NCBI GenBank assembly: GCA_965205675.1
Contig: OZ242186.1
Location: 160,001-224,000 of the forward strand
DNA length: 64,000 nucleotides
Direction of reading: 5' to 3'
Source of the DNA: Nitrosopumilus sp.
GTDB lineage: Archaea > Thermoproteota > Nitrososphaeria > Nitrososphaerales > Nitrosopumilaceae
This document shows positions 41,406 through 51,211 of the stretch, piece by piece. Under the pieces are notes generated by a model. The model was not told where the DNA came from. It ran no database searches and saw only the letters and a program-made list of their open reading frames with translations. A program made the position numbers and the translations under genes. Within the stretch, counting starts at the first letter, position 1. Every line of letters starts with the position of its first letter.

Positions 41406-41680
41406 GTCTAGTTCATCATTCTTTTTCAAATTAAGAAGCCTTGCAAACTCTATTGGAATGGTAACCTTTGTGGAATAGTATCTCTGATTCTGATATGTCT
41501 TTGTGAGCTTTTGCCTTACTTTAACAGGTGTCGAGTCTTTTGGTTGCTTTGTGTGCAGTCGTATGGTCCTAGTCTTTTTAGATGCTGTAGCATGTAAAAT
41601 CATGCCTTCTTGCAATGGTATTGTCTCTGCTGTTTTGTAGGGGATTTATGACATTGTATGAATCATGTCGCTGTATTCCA
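41406..41680 (-). pseudogene. AbrB/MazE-like DNA-binding protein truncated by IS3
   Basis: KVTIPIEFARLLNLKKNDELDW. Confidence 0.55.
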
Positions 41681-41927
41681 TAGTTTTCCTTTTTTATCTT
41701 TGAGAATACCTGAAGTTTTGGCATTATCGTATCATGGGAAAAATTGAATTTAAAGGAAGAAAAAAGCAGACTATATTTTTGATGATTCCAAATAACCGGT
41801 TTACTTGATTCTCTTATCTGCCTGTCTGTATCTAAAATGATTCGCTCTTTTGGCAGTCTTTGATTTGTGAACCAGACCGTACATTTGACACAATTATCAT
41901 CTTTTATTTCAGGTCATATGGTCAACT

Positions 41928-42026
41928 TACAAGACAGAAACAAGAGTTTGTTGTGATATCTCAGAAATTATTTGAAATTAAATTCAATGAAAGAAGAGAT
42001 TTTGTCTGCAATTACGCAAGAGGTCT
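41928..42026 (+). mobile_element. Second right-end fragment of the ISL2-like element
   Basis: Inverse homolog of 35989-36095, ending AATTACGCAAGAGGTCT. Confidence 0.8.
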
Positions 42027-42548
42027 ATTGGTGACAATCTCAACATGTACTTTTCCCTTTCTTTTCAATATACCAAATACAATTGTCTTGTTCTTGGCAC
42101 CTCTGCCACGATTTCCCTTTCTTTTTCCTCCAAAATAGGCCTCATCAGCCTCAATCTGACCCTTTAGAACATCATCTGTTTTGGATTGTTCTTCAAGTAT
42201 TGAGAATCTCATGATGTCAAAAGAATGCAATGCGGTAGGATAACTAACACCAACTTCTTTTGCTGCACGTCTTGCACTAATCCCAAGATCAAATAGTTTG
42301 ATTAGAACCAATCATTTTGGATAATCAATATTGATGATACCAAACTGTGTATCTGAGAATGGTTTGTAGTTTGTCTTACATTTACTGCATCTTAAATTCC
42401 CTCTGCTCATCAGATAATATTTTGGAGAATCACACTTGGGACAACATACAGAACTTGTACTGTTGAATCTTTTACACAGAAATTTTAATGATGTTGATTT
42501 ATCTGAAACTATTTTGGATAACTCAATGATATTGATAGTTTTTTCCAA
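42027..42548 (-). pseudogene. IS1595-family transposase (stop at 42312-42314, 3'-truncated)
   Basis: CPKC..CSKC zinc ribbon; EADEAYFGGKRKGNRGRGA; probable left end at 43876-43925, beyond the IS110 insertion. Confidence 0.88.
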
Positions 42549-42557
42549 TAACTATAT

Positions 42558-43671
42558 GTGAATAAGAAAGCAAGGAAATCAGATAGCATAAAAAATGAAT
42601 CTAGTTCCAAGGTTCGTAAATACTCGGCTCCAAAAAAGATTACAAACAAACAGATTAGGAAGAAACCAAAGAAAGGCATGTTTGTGGGCATTGACCTGCA
42701 CAAGAAGTTTCTTCAAGTAATAAATGGATGATGCAGGCAAAGTATTACAAAATGACAAAGTGGATAACACTCATGAATCTATCAGGAAGCATTTTGCAAA
42801 AATACCAATTTCTGCAAATATTGTAATGGAATCCTCATCAGTCTGGTATGACACGTATCGATTTCTCACAGATACTTTGGGATACAAAAACGTCACACTC
42901 TCAAACCCATATTTGACAAAGGCAATTGCTACATCAAAAAAGAAAACAGACAAGATTGATGCCAAGATATTGGCAGATCTTTTACGAGGAGGATACATTG
43001 CCACATGTTATGTTCCAGACAAAAAGATTGTACAACAAAGACAGCTTGTAAGATATAGGAAAAAACTAATCCAATGGAGAACATCTGTCAAGAATTCAGT
43101 TCATGGAATATTGTTACAGGAAGGAATCAGGATTCCAGGAGTTACATTCACTGAAACATACAACAGAAGACTCAAGGCACTAGGAGATTACAGAATAGAC
43201 GGATTCTTGCAACAAATCAGCCACCTTAATTTACAGATTGCAGAGATTAATTCCAAAGTGTATGCTGCTGTAAAAGTTAATCCTGATGCAATTTTGATAA
43301 ACTCGATTCCGGGAATTGGGCATTATTCTTCGCTTGTCATTGCATCAGAGATTGCAGATATTGAGAGATTCAATGATTCCCACAAACTGTGTGCATATGC
43401 AGGAGTTGTACCATCAGTTAGAAACTCTGCAGATACAATACACCATGGCAGAATAACAAAAAGGGGAAGCATGACATTGAGATGGGTTCTAACAGAATGC
43501 ATACACACTCATGCAATTCATGCCAAGGATAGTGACATTACAAAATTTTACAATCGCATTAAAAAGAAAAGAGGATCATCCAAAGCTGCAGTAGCTGGTG
43601 CATCAAAGATCCTGAGGGTGATTTATTGGATGTTAAAGGAGAGGAGAGAATTTGTACAAAATTATAGTTAG
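42558..43671 (+). pseudogene. IS110 transposase with frameshift near 42720
   Basis: FVGIDLHKKFLQV is in a different frame from MDDAG..(42724); 2 nt missing relative to element #1. Confidence 0.88.
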
Positions 43672-43830
43672 GACTGCAAGTCGCGTTGTAATTATTGAGG
43701 GACAAGGCCTCGTCTAATAACTGCGAACAATCCTAACTAGGATGAAGATAGCATTGAGAGAATAGTCTCGTATGGATACATGTCTGCCATCTTTTGATTG
43801 AAACCATTCTCTAGCGAAAGCCATGCCCTG
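43665..43830 (+). ncRNA. Putative bridge/seek RNA of IS110 #2
   Basis: Stem TAGTTAGGA/TCCTAACTA with GAGG/CCTC hairpin; second GATG/CATC loop with GAGA/TCTC hairpin; co-linear with #1; RNA ends are approximate. Confidence 0.8.
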
Positions 43831-44004
43831 ATGTATAGAAAGAGAGGAAATGTATAAAAACAATTCACATGGATAATTACATAAAATTAATTGGGGGTAA
43901 TGGGGGTAATAGGTTTACAATCACCTAAAAAAATATCTTAGGTCTCAAAGATTATAGAACTATCATGAGCATCATTTTAATACATCATTTCTCAAAGAAT
44001 CCTG

Positions 44005-45090
44005 ATGAGGTACACGACTGTAATAGGACTGTTGGTTTTGAGTGTAGCATTGCTTGCCATGACAGTATCATCGGCTGATGCCAAAGTGTTATCCCCTCTA
44101 AAGCAGTTTAAGCAAGGGGTACCAATAGAGCAGATTCAGTGCAATGGTTCTGCGGTACTACTTGAATCCCCAAAGGGAAAGCCTGCATGTGTCAAAGATA
44201 GCACTGCAAAGAAACTGCTTGATAGGGGATATGTCATAATAATACAAAATGACATTGTAGAAAACAACATTGTAAAAGGTGTCGTATCTTCAGATGCTCA
44301 AATCACAACAGAACAAAATGAAACGGTACTATCAAATGATATAATTGATAAACAACAAGAACGTGAGAATTACCTAAATTCTTTACAGTTTGGTCTAGTT
44401 GGTGATGGTGAATTTGATGGCGAGCTTTATGGATATGATCAAAATATACATATCAGACAACCAGCTACTATACAATACAGTTTTTTGTTCAGTCCAGATC
44501 ATTATGAAATGAACGAAGATGATCTTGTTGATAGAGATAGTCTTAATGATATAATCTCAATTCCCTCTAAAGGCGCAAGTGGTACTAGTGGTGATACCAT
44601 TGAGGATACCATTGATTATAGAGAATGGCTCCCAACATGGGTTGCACCAGGATACTATCTAAAATGGGTAGACATTAGGCAACCCAAGGATCAATATTCT
44701 CTTGGTCATGAAGGTGAGGGAAGAATACAATTTACCTTTATTCCAAAGGGTACGGACCTACCTGATGGTATAACCCACAAGGAATTCACAGATACCAGTT
44801 ATTATCTAGTCACAGCGAAGATATATGAGGATACGCCAAAGCCGGAGTATATGTATACAGCCAGTGAGAAAGCTGAAGTAACTGACAACGGCACAACCAC
44901 TGATCTTATTTTTGAAGACAGGTGGGATGGATACATAGAGCATTCACATGCAAACAGATCTGATCCTGCAAAACATAGTGTAAAGTATATTACTCCTTAT
45001 CTCATTATTGCTTCTGGTGGAACTGCATTAACCATGCAAGAACATGAAAATATTGTTATAGAGTTATTTGAAAGATATGACAGCAGATGA
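44005..45090 (+). CDS. Secreted protein with SPLKQ..C..PACVK domain
   Basis: Signal peptide ADA; ATGA overlap with 45087. Confidence 0.75.
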   Translation: MRYTTVIGLLVLSVALLAMTVSSADAKVLSPLKQFKQGVPIEQIQCNGSAVLLESPKGKPACVKDSTAKKLLDRGYVIIIQNDIVENNIVKGVVSSDAQITTEQNETVLSNDIIDKQQERENYLNSLQFGLVGDGEFDGELYGYDQNIHIRQPATIQYSFLFSPDHYEMNEDDLVDRDSLNDIISIPSKGASGTSGDTIEDTIDYREWLPTWVAPGYYLKWVDIRQPKDQYSLGHEGEGRIQFTFIPKGTDLPDGITHKEFTDTSYYLVTAKIYEDTPKPEYMYTASEKAEVTDNGTTTDLIFEDRWDGYIEHSHANRSDPAKHSVKYITPYLIIASGGTALTMQEHENIVIELFERYDSR

Positions 45091-48000
45091 AAGTAATTGT
45101 TTTACTAGTTGTTGTATTTCTCGGAATACTTGTTGCTGAAGCAGAAGCTGTGTGCAGTGATGGAAATTGTAGAGCAGTACAGCGTCATGCTACTCTTAAT
45201 GCAGACTATACTGGTTCACAATATGATATCAAAATACCTGATCTCTTCATTGATGATACAAACTGTGAAAACAAGGGCGCTCTTGCTGCCACCTGGATGA
45301 TTATAGAGCCTACTGAAGATGGAACTCCACAATGGATGGAAACTGGTGTAACTGTTGGTTGGATTTTAAACAATGACCATGGCAGAAGTGATGCTGAATG
45401 TATAACTAGAGAATCTGCATACTATGCTTTTGCCTCTAAGAATAATGCCGGGGAGAGAATATACGTAGAACAAAATGCAGACCCACACGGTGATAGGATA
45501 GGTATAGAAAAACATTTCAGAATAGAGAAATTAAATAATCATTTTATTGCTTATTATGGAGATTCAAATACACAGGTTTCGACAAGAGATTTTAATTTTA
45601 GGGATTCAAACACGGGAATCTCTGTCGACTATGGAGTTGAAGGTAGTATCTCGCCAATACTTGAATACTCTACAATCCCCAATGTGATATTCACTGGTGC
45701 GCAGTATGAAACTGAGAATGTCTGGCACGACATAAGCTCATCTACTGTAACCTCAATTAATGATGAAAGCGACGGATACAAGTCCCAGTTTTGCTCTAAT
45801 GGTTCTCTGGCAGCAGGAGCTGTAACTGAACTGTCTTGCAGATCAGAAATTATTCCAAACACTCCGCCACGTCATACTGCTACAAATCTATTTACATCTA
45901 CTGGAACTCCTATACTAATCCCGCTCACTGCAACTGACACAGATAATGATTATCTAAAATATACTCTAACTGGTCATCCCACAAATAGTGACGGTGCTGG
46001 CACATTGAATTTTGTAAGTCGCGGACAACCAATCCCAAATACTGATGAAACAAGTACAGAGCTTCTCTTTACACCTGTAAGGGTAGGAAGCAGTTCTTTT
46101 AATTATACAGTTACTGATGGAAGAACAGGCCATGATGTTACAAATATCATAACAGTTGACATAACAAGCCTTGATGATATATCCACACCTGATATTTTTT
46201 ATGAAGCATTTGAAAGTGGTCTTGGTAATTGGATAGTGGCAAATGATGATGATGGTGACACTCACGATTATGATTTTTGGAGGACAGATACTGACGGTGA
46301 GCCCACACCAATTGATGGAGATTATGCATACATCCAGGATTGCGATACAGGCTGTACCATAACAATGAGAAATTCAGTTAATATCTCAGATACATCATCA
46401 CCAAAACTAGAAGCTGATATCTGGATTGATGGAATTAGAGACCGTGATGAAGACTTTTACAATCTGGAGATATTTTATAACAATAATTGGATAACCCTTG
46501 ATTCTTACACCCGGGATAATATTTCAAGAGGTGTATGGCATGACTATTCCAAAGATTTGTCACCTTACAAAAGTAATGATTTTAAATTTAGATTAAATGT
46601 TCAAGGTGAAGGAAATACTGATTATCACGGTATAGATAATATCAGAATATATGATTTTGTACAGACATCACCTGCAATAGTTACTGACTTGTTATCAACA
46701 CCTACCGTATCATCAAATACATTGACTTGGAGCACTCCAAATGACGGCAATTCAGACATTACAGGCTATAGAATCCAAAGAGCAGTCGACACCCCAACTA
46801 GATTTACCATTCTAGAGAGTATCTACGGCTCTGCATCAACTGTATCATATGTTGATACTAGTGTGACTTCGGGTTCTACATACTATTATAAAATCAGTGC
46901 AAGAAATGATCAAGGAATAGCTACTGAAAGTCAATTTGCATCTGCAACTATTCCCCATCCTCCAACTGCTCCTGTAATATCTTCAATATCTGATATCACA
47001 CTATCGGAGACAGATACTGCAATAGTTACAGTTACTGTATCTGATATCAACAGAGATGTTAGCAGCATTACATTTACCGGACTTGCAAGCTTTGTTACAA
47101 TAGAGAGTACAACTCAAAACACATCCACATTATTGATATCTCCAAACCTTGAGAGCTCCGGAGTTTATGACATAGTTGCAACTGCAACTGATTCTGGAGG
47201 CAGATCAGATACAGAACAATTTAGATTGACCATTACTGATTATGTTATGCCTGTTGTATTGCCTCCCGTATTCACAAGCATGCAAAATGACATTACAGAA
47301 ATAATTGATTCGGGAAATTCCACAATAGTATCATTTGATACACCAACTGCAGACAAGGGGACAGTTATCTGCAATCCATCTTCTGGCAGCTTGTTTGGTA
47401 TTGGTACAACTGTAGTTACATGTACGGCCACATCTAACAGTACATCATCTTCCATCAGCTTTAATGTAATGGTACAGTCATCATCAGATGTTGAAGATCC
47501 AGTCCTTGTCATACCAACTGATAAAATATTTGAAGCCATTGCAAGATCAACTATTCTGACTGATTTACAGATTGGAACATCTACTGCAACTGACAATCGA
47601 GATTCATCGCCAATCATTACAAATGATTCACCAGCATCATTCCCACTTGGCATTACAACTATAACTTGGACTGCAACTGATGCTGCAGGTAACACTATAT
47701 CTGACACTCAAATAATTACCATTCAGGATACAACAAACCCTGTATTTCCAATCCCATTAGAACCAAAATCGGTTAGCGCGGATGGTGATTCTGTCTCAGT
47801 TGATTATACAATTCCTGCGGCAACTGACATATTCCCTATTGTTGTTTCATGTATTCCTGCCCCAAATAGCGTGTTCTCACTTGGCAATACAACTGTAACA
47901 TGCACTGCCACTGATTCATCAAATAACACTGCAACCACTTTTAATGTAATTACAGTATCACAAAATACAAAATCTGCATCAATCACTCAAGTCTTTGATA

Positions 48001-48518
48001 ATTCAGAATTTGTGGACTTTGAGGATGGTATAACAATATCTAATAGTTCTCCAAGGTTTACGGGAACATCATCTAATATCGAATCCATACAGGTTCTACT
48101 TGGGCAAACGCAAGTGGGAGGAAACAATGTAAATGAAGACGGTTCATGGAAAAAAGGTTGGCGCAACGCACCGCTACCTGATGGGACATACACCATAACG
48201 ATTAATGAGGATATGGTTCAGTTATTCTCAGCCAGTCTAACTATTGATGCCGATGGGGATGGTAATCCTGCAGATAATACCCCTCCAAGTATTACAGCTC
48301 CTGCTGACATTATTAGAGAATCTTCTGAACCAAATACGGTGATTGATGATCTTGGAAGTCCTATTGTCTCTGATGATATGGATTCAAATCCTACAATAAC
48401 TAACAATGCCCCAGAATTATTCCCACTTGGCATTACAACTATAACTTGGACTGCAACTGATGCTGCAGGTAACACTGCAACTGACACTCAAATAATTACT
48501 ATCAGGAACTCGTCCTAA
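45087..48518 (+). CDS. Large secreted multidomain protein: possible neprosin-like N-domain, Ig/cadherin-like, MAM-like, FN3 and HYR repeats
   Basis: WMETG motif; LTWSTP.DG.S.ITGYRI FN3; repeated F.LG.TT.T.TATD..GN HYR; 58-bp exact internal DNA repeat at 47639 and 48419. Confidence 0.8.
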   Translation: MKVIVLLVVVFLGILVAEAEAVCSDGNCRAVQRHATLNADYTGSQYDIKIPDLFIDDTNCENKGALAATWMIIEPTEDGTPQWMETGVTVGWILNNDHGRSDAECITRESAYYAFASKNNAGERIYVEQNADPHGDRIGIEKHFRIEKLNNHFIAYYGDSNTQVSTRDFNFRDSNTGISVDYGVEGSISPILEYSTIPNVIFTGAQYETENVWHDISSSTVTSINDESDGYKSQFCSNGSLAAGAVTELSCRSEIIPNTPPRHTATNLFTSTGTPILIPLTATDTDNDYLKYTLTGHPTNSDGAGTLNFVSRGQPIPNTDETSTELLFTPVRVGSSSFNYTVTDGRTGHDVTNIITVDITSLDDISTPDIFYEAFESGLGNWIVANDDDGDTHDYDFWRTDTDGEPTPIDGDYAYIQDCDTGCTITMRNSVNISDTSSPKLEADIWIDGIRDRDEDFYNLEIFYNNNWITLDSYTRDNISRGVWHDYSKDLSPYKSNDFKFRLNVQGEGNTDYHGIDNIRIYDFVQTSPAIVTDLLSTPTVSSNTLTWSTPNDGNSDITGYRIQRAVDTPTRFTILESIYGSASTVSYVDTSVTSGSTYYYKISARNDQGIATESQFASATIPHPPTAPVISSISDITLSETDTAIVTVTVSDINRDVSSITFTGLASFVTIESTTQNTSTLLISPNLESSGVYDIVATATDSGGRSDTEQFRLTITDYVMPVVLPPVFTSMQNDITEIIDSGNSTIVSFDTPTADKGTVICNPSSGSLFGIGTTVVTCTATSNSTSSSISFNVMVQSSSDVEDPVLVIPTDKIFEAIARSTILTDLQIGTSTATDNRDSSPIITNDSPASFPLGITTITWTATDAAGNTISDTQIITIQDTTNPVFPIPLEPKSVSADGDSVSVDYTIPAATDIFPIVVSCIPAPNSVFSLGNTTVTCTATDSSNNTATTFNVITVSQNTKSASITQVFDNSEFVDFEDGITISNSSPRFTGTSSNIESIQVLLGQTQVGGNNVNEDGSWKKGWRNAPLPDGTYTITINEDMVQLFSASLTIDADGDGNPADNTPPSITAPADIIRESSEPNTVIDDLGSPIVSDDMDSNPTITNNAPELFPLGITTITWTATDAAGNTATDTQIITIRNSS

Positions 48519-48537
48519 AACAGATCATTTTGTAAAT

Positions 48538-48555
48538 AATTATGCCCAAGTCTCA
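48538..48555. repeat. 18-bp motif, perfect inverted copy at 50498-50515, variant at 52169-52186
   Basis: AATTATGCCCAAGTCTCA / TGAGACTTGGGCATAATT / TTAGACATGGGCATAATC. Confidence 0.9.
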
Positions 48556-48596
48556 AGTATTTCCACATGGATTGTAGTGCGGGAGGTGGGATTTGA
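48555..48596 (-). repeat. att-like 42-bp direct repeat of the tRNA-Leu 3' end and trailer (other copy 56864-56905)
   Basis: AAGTATTTCCACATGGATTGTAGTGCGGGAGGTGGGATTTGA identical at both sites. Confidence 0.93.
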
Positions 48597-48975
48597 GATT
48601 TACATGTTGGCTTGAATCTCAGAAAGACGTAGATTTTGCCACATGACTAGAAAATTTAGCTTTAATTGAGGATATCATGATCCATTTGCTAAATTCAACA
48701 GTATTGATACTGCAATTGTTTGGTTTTGAGCACAAAGTTCCTACTTTGCCATATTTGTCGTAGAATTCTTGTTTATTTTTAAAATCTATGTTATACTTGC
48801 ATGAAAACAACCATGTTAAACAAGCTTGTTAGCATACTAGTAAAACACACATGTTATACATGGTTTGAATAAAAAATAGCATAACAAAAACGACTCTTAC
48901 TACCCTGGCTTTACAGCAAGTCTCTAATTTAACACCATGTTGAAAAGATCCTGAGATTCAACAGTGTAGGTGAAT

Positions 48976-49674
48976 CTATTGCCCGGTCTCAGATAATAAC
49001 ATGTCTCTTGTTTCAATCATTTTTAAAGTCATTTCTTCGTTACCCTTACTTATTGATTCATTTACTGCATCCAAGTATAGTTTAGCAGGGTTGTCATAAT
49101 GCACTTTATCTATGTATGATTGAATATATTGTGTTCCATCTAATTCAGCTGTAATATCATACCGTGATGAAAATCCATTTATAATGTATTTGTCGTCATG
49201 ATCTGAATTTTTTTCGATCAAGTAAAAATGCTTATCACCAATATTGTAGGTTTGAACATCCTCACGATAAAACATTGTTTTTACACCATCACTTTCACCA
49301 ATCTTACCACTTGCCCAATCATACACAATTAATTTTTCACTAAAATTTCCTGTGGTATCTTTAAAATAATGATCAACGACCAACATGATTTTTTGATATG
49401 GTCGTTTTTCCGTATGTGCGATATACTCATTACCATTCTCATCTATATCTATACCAGTATTTGATTCAAGTAATTCTATACCTACATCTTCAACTGTAGC
49501 TACTGCTATGATCTCCACACCGGAGATTTTCCAATCAAAAGACATATTCGAATTATACTGTGAAACACCATATGAAGTATTTACATATGAATTTTCATTT
49601 ATGTATATTGCAGATGATGTACTAATTACCATCACACCAATTAAGATAGATAATAGAGTTTTTTTATTCGTCAT
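48976..49674 (-). CDS. Membrane-anchored/secreted partner of the metalloprotease
   Basis: N-terminal hydrophobic segment; ATGA overlap with 49671. Confidence 0.7.
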   Translation of the reverse strand: MTNKKTLLSILIGVMVISTSSAIYINENSYVNTSYGVSQYNSNMSFDWKISGVEIIAVATVEDVGIELLESNTGIDIDENGNEYIAHTEKRPYQKIMLVVDHYFKDTTGNFSEKLIVYDWASGKIGESDGVKTMFYREDVQTYNIGDKHFYLIEKNSDHDDKYIINGFSSRYDITAELDGTQYIQSYIDKVHYDNPAKLYLDAVNESISKGNEEMTLKMIETRDMLLSETGQ

Positions 49675-50396
49675 GGATATTTAGAACCTATTTTATTTTT
49701 GTCTGCTGTTGATAAATCGTATCCAAAGTTGGATCCGCATTGATATCCGTTGAATCTTAGATCTGTTGAAACACTATTATGATCAATACCAATCACATGT
49801 AGTAATTCGTGTCCTAGGGTCTTTTCAATGTCTCTTTGTGTAGGTTGATTGTCTATATTGCATATTTCTGTTATATCCCAATTCATGGAATTATGTGAAT
49901 TTACATTTAATATCATTTTCTTAAAATGATTATCTTTTGTTATACAATGCCATAAAAATTGATTGATGCAATGGAGTTCATAATCTGTAAATCCAATATT
50001 CCCAAGACTCCCGTAATTTGTTGATGTAATATAGTTATCAGATGCTGCTACTTTATCAAAACTAATTTTTTTGTTAATGTTGTCAAATCGTGTTTCTATT
50101 GTGCTTATTTCTGATGATACATTTGCTTTTGTAACACCTGAGTTAGAAATATTATTTAGAATTTTGATTTCTACGGCACACTTATCACTGTTCGTTCCTG
50201 TCCCACAATTAAGATAATCTGTATGTCCATCTGTTAAAGTTCTAGACCACGTATGTCGTTCGAATTCTAAAAATTGATTAGAACCTTCATGTTTTGCATA
50301 TGCAGTATCTGCTGATGAAATAATGACGAGTGTAACACCCAATGTCATCAATATCAGTGAAAAGATACTGTTTTTTTCCAGCATTTTAGGAATCAT
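49671..50396 (-). CDS. Secreted zinc metalloprotease (HExxHxxGxxH)
   Basis: GHELLHVIGIDH; signal peptide AYA; canonical Met-turn not evident. Confidence 0.8.
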   Translation of the reverse strand: MIPKMLEKNSIFSLILMTLGVTLVIISSADTAYAKHEGSNQFLEFERHTWSRTLTDGHTDYLNCGTGTNSDKCAVEIKILNNISNSGVTKANVSSEISTIETRFDNINKKISFDKVAASDNYITSTNYGSLGNIGFTDYELHCINQFLWHCITKDNHFKKMILNVNSHNSMNWDITEICNIDNQPTQRDIEKTLGHELLHVIGIDHNSVSTDLRFNGYQCGSNFGYDLSTADKNKIGSKYP

Positions 50397-50419
50397 TATT
50401 TCAAGAATGAATTTAAATG

Positions 50420-50497
50420 TTAGGTGATTGTAAACCTATTACCACCAACTATTTTTGAGTAATTATTGGAAAAAACAATCAACATAATTGAGTTATC
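50420..50497 (+). mobile_element. Fragment of IS1595 left end and first codons; empty target of IS110 #2
   Basis: TTAGGTGATTGTAAACCTATTACC..GTAATTATTGGAAAAAAC..GAGTTATC matches the joined 43928-43876 and 42550-42517 flanks. Confidence 0.8.
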
Positions 50498-50880
50498 TGA
50501 GACTTGGGCATAATTAATTCTAATTTTTGAGTCAATTCTCAAATTATTCAAATCAAAAAAGCTAAGGATCTTATCATGTTTTGTTCATTGGAATGTCAAA
50601 ACAAATGAAAATCCCTGGCAACATAAGATGCCAGTCATTCCTTATTGGTGTTTTGTATCTGTACTGTCTAACAAATATTCATGACCCAAAATCTTCCAAA
50701 TTATGCTAATTCCTGAAATTTAAACTTGAATCTACAATGTACGTAAATCGAGTTCAGAATAGGGTGACGAATTTTTGTTATTGAGTATAACTGACCATTC
50801 CATCACCAGAATTGACAATTAGTTGGAAATCTGCCTAGTTCTGACCAAAGTAAATTTCTTTATCTGTGCAATAACCTATT

Positions 50881-51198
50881 CTACTTTAATTCTAATTTTT
50901 TTCTGCGATTATCTAAAAATCTATTAATATAATGTGCAATTGGAATCCAGAATACAAGATTAGTGATTGGTATCAAAACATAAGCAAGTTCATCATAATA
51001 TTGAAAATTAAAATCTCTATGGGTTTTGCTATGCTCCAATACCATTTCATATGGAAAAATAGCAAGGGTGTTTGGGATTATATTAAGATAAAATGTATAC
51101 TGATTCTGTAAATCAAGAACAGCTGGAATGATGACTGAGAAAATTCCAAAAAGCGGTAAACTAACAAACAGTATAATTTTTAATTTTTTCATAATCAA
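50881..51198 (-). CDS. Small 2-TM membrane protein, partner of 51212
   Basis: Two hydrophobic helices; starts about 14 bp downstream of 51212. Confidence 0.65.
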   Translation of the reverse strand: MIMKKLKIILFVSLPLFGIFSVIIPAVLDLQNQYTFYLNIIPNTLAIFPYEMVLEHSKTHRDFNFQYYDELAYVLIPITNLVFWIPIAHYINRFLDNRRKKLELK

Positions 51199-51211
51199 AA
51201 AAGAAAAAAGA

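Larger units (their letters stand above)
42549..43875 (+). mobile_element. IS110-family (IS1111-like) element #2 with TA core
   Basis: Joining the flanks regenerates GTTTTTTCCAATAATTAC, whose complement is present uninterrupted at 50459-50477. Confidence 0.9.
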
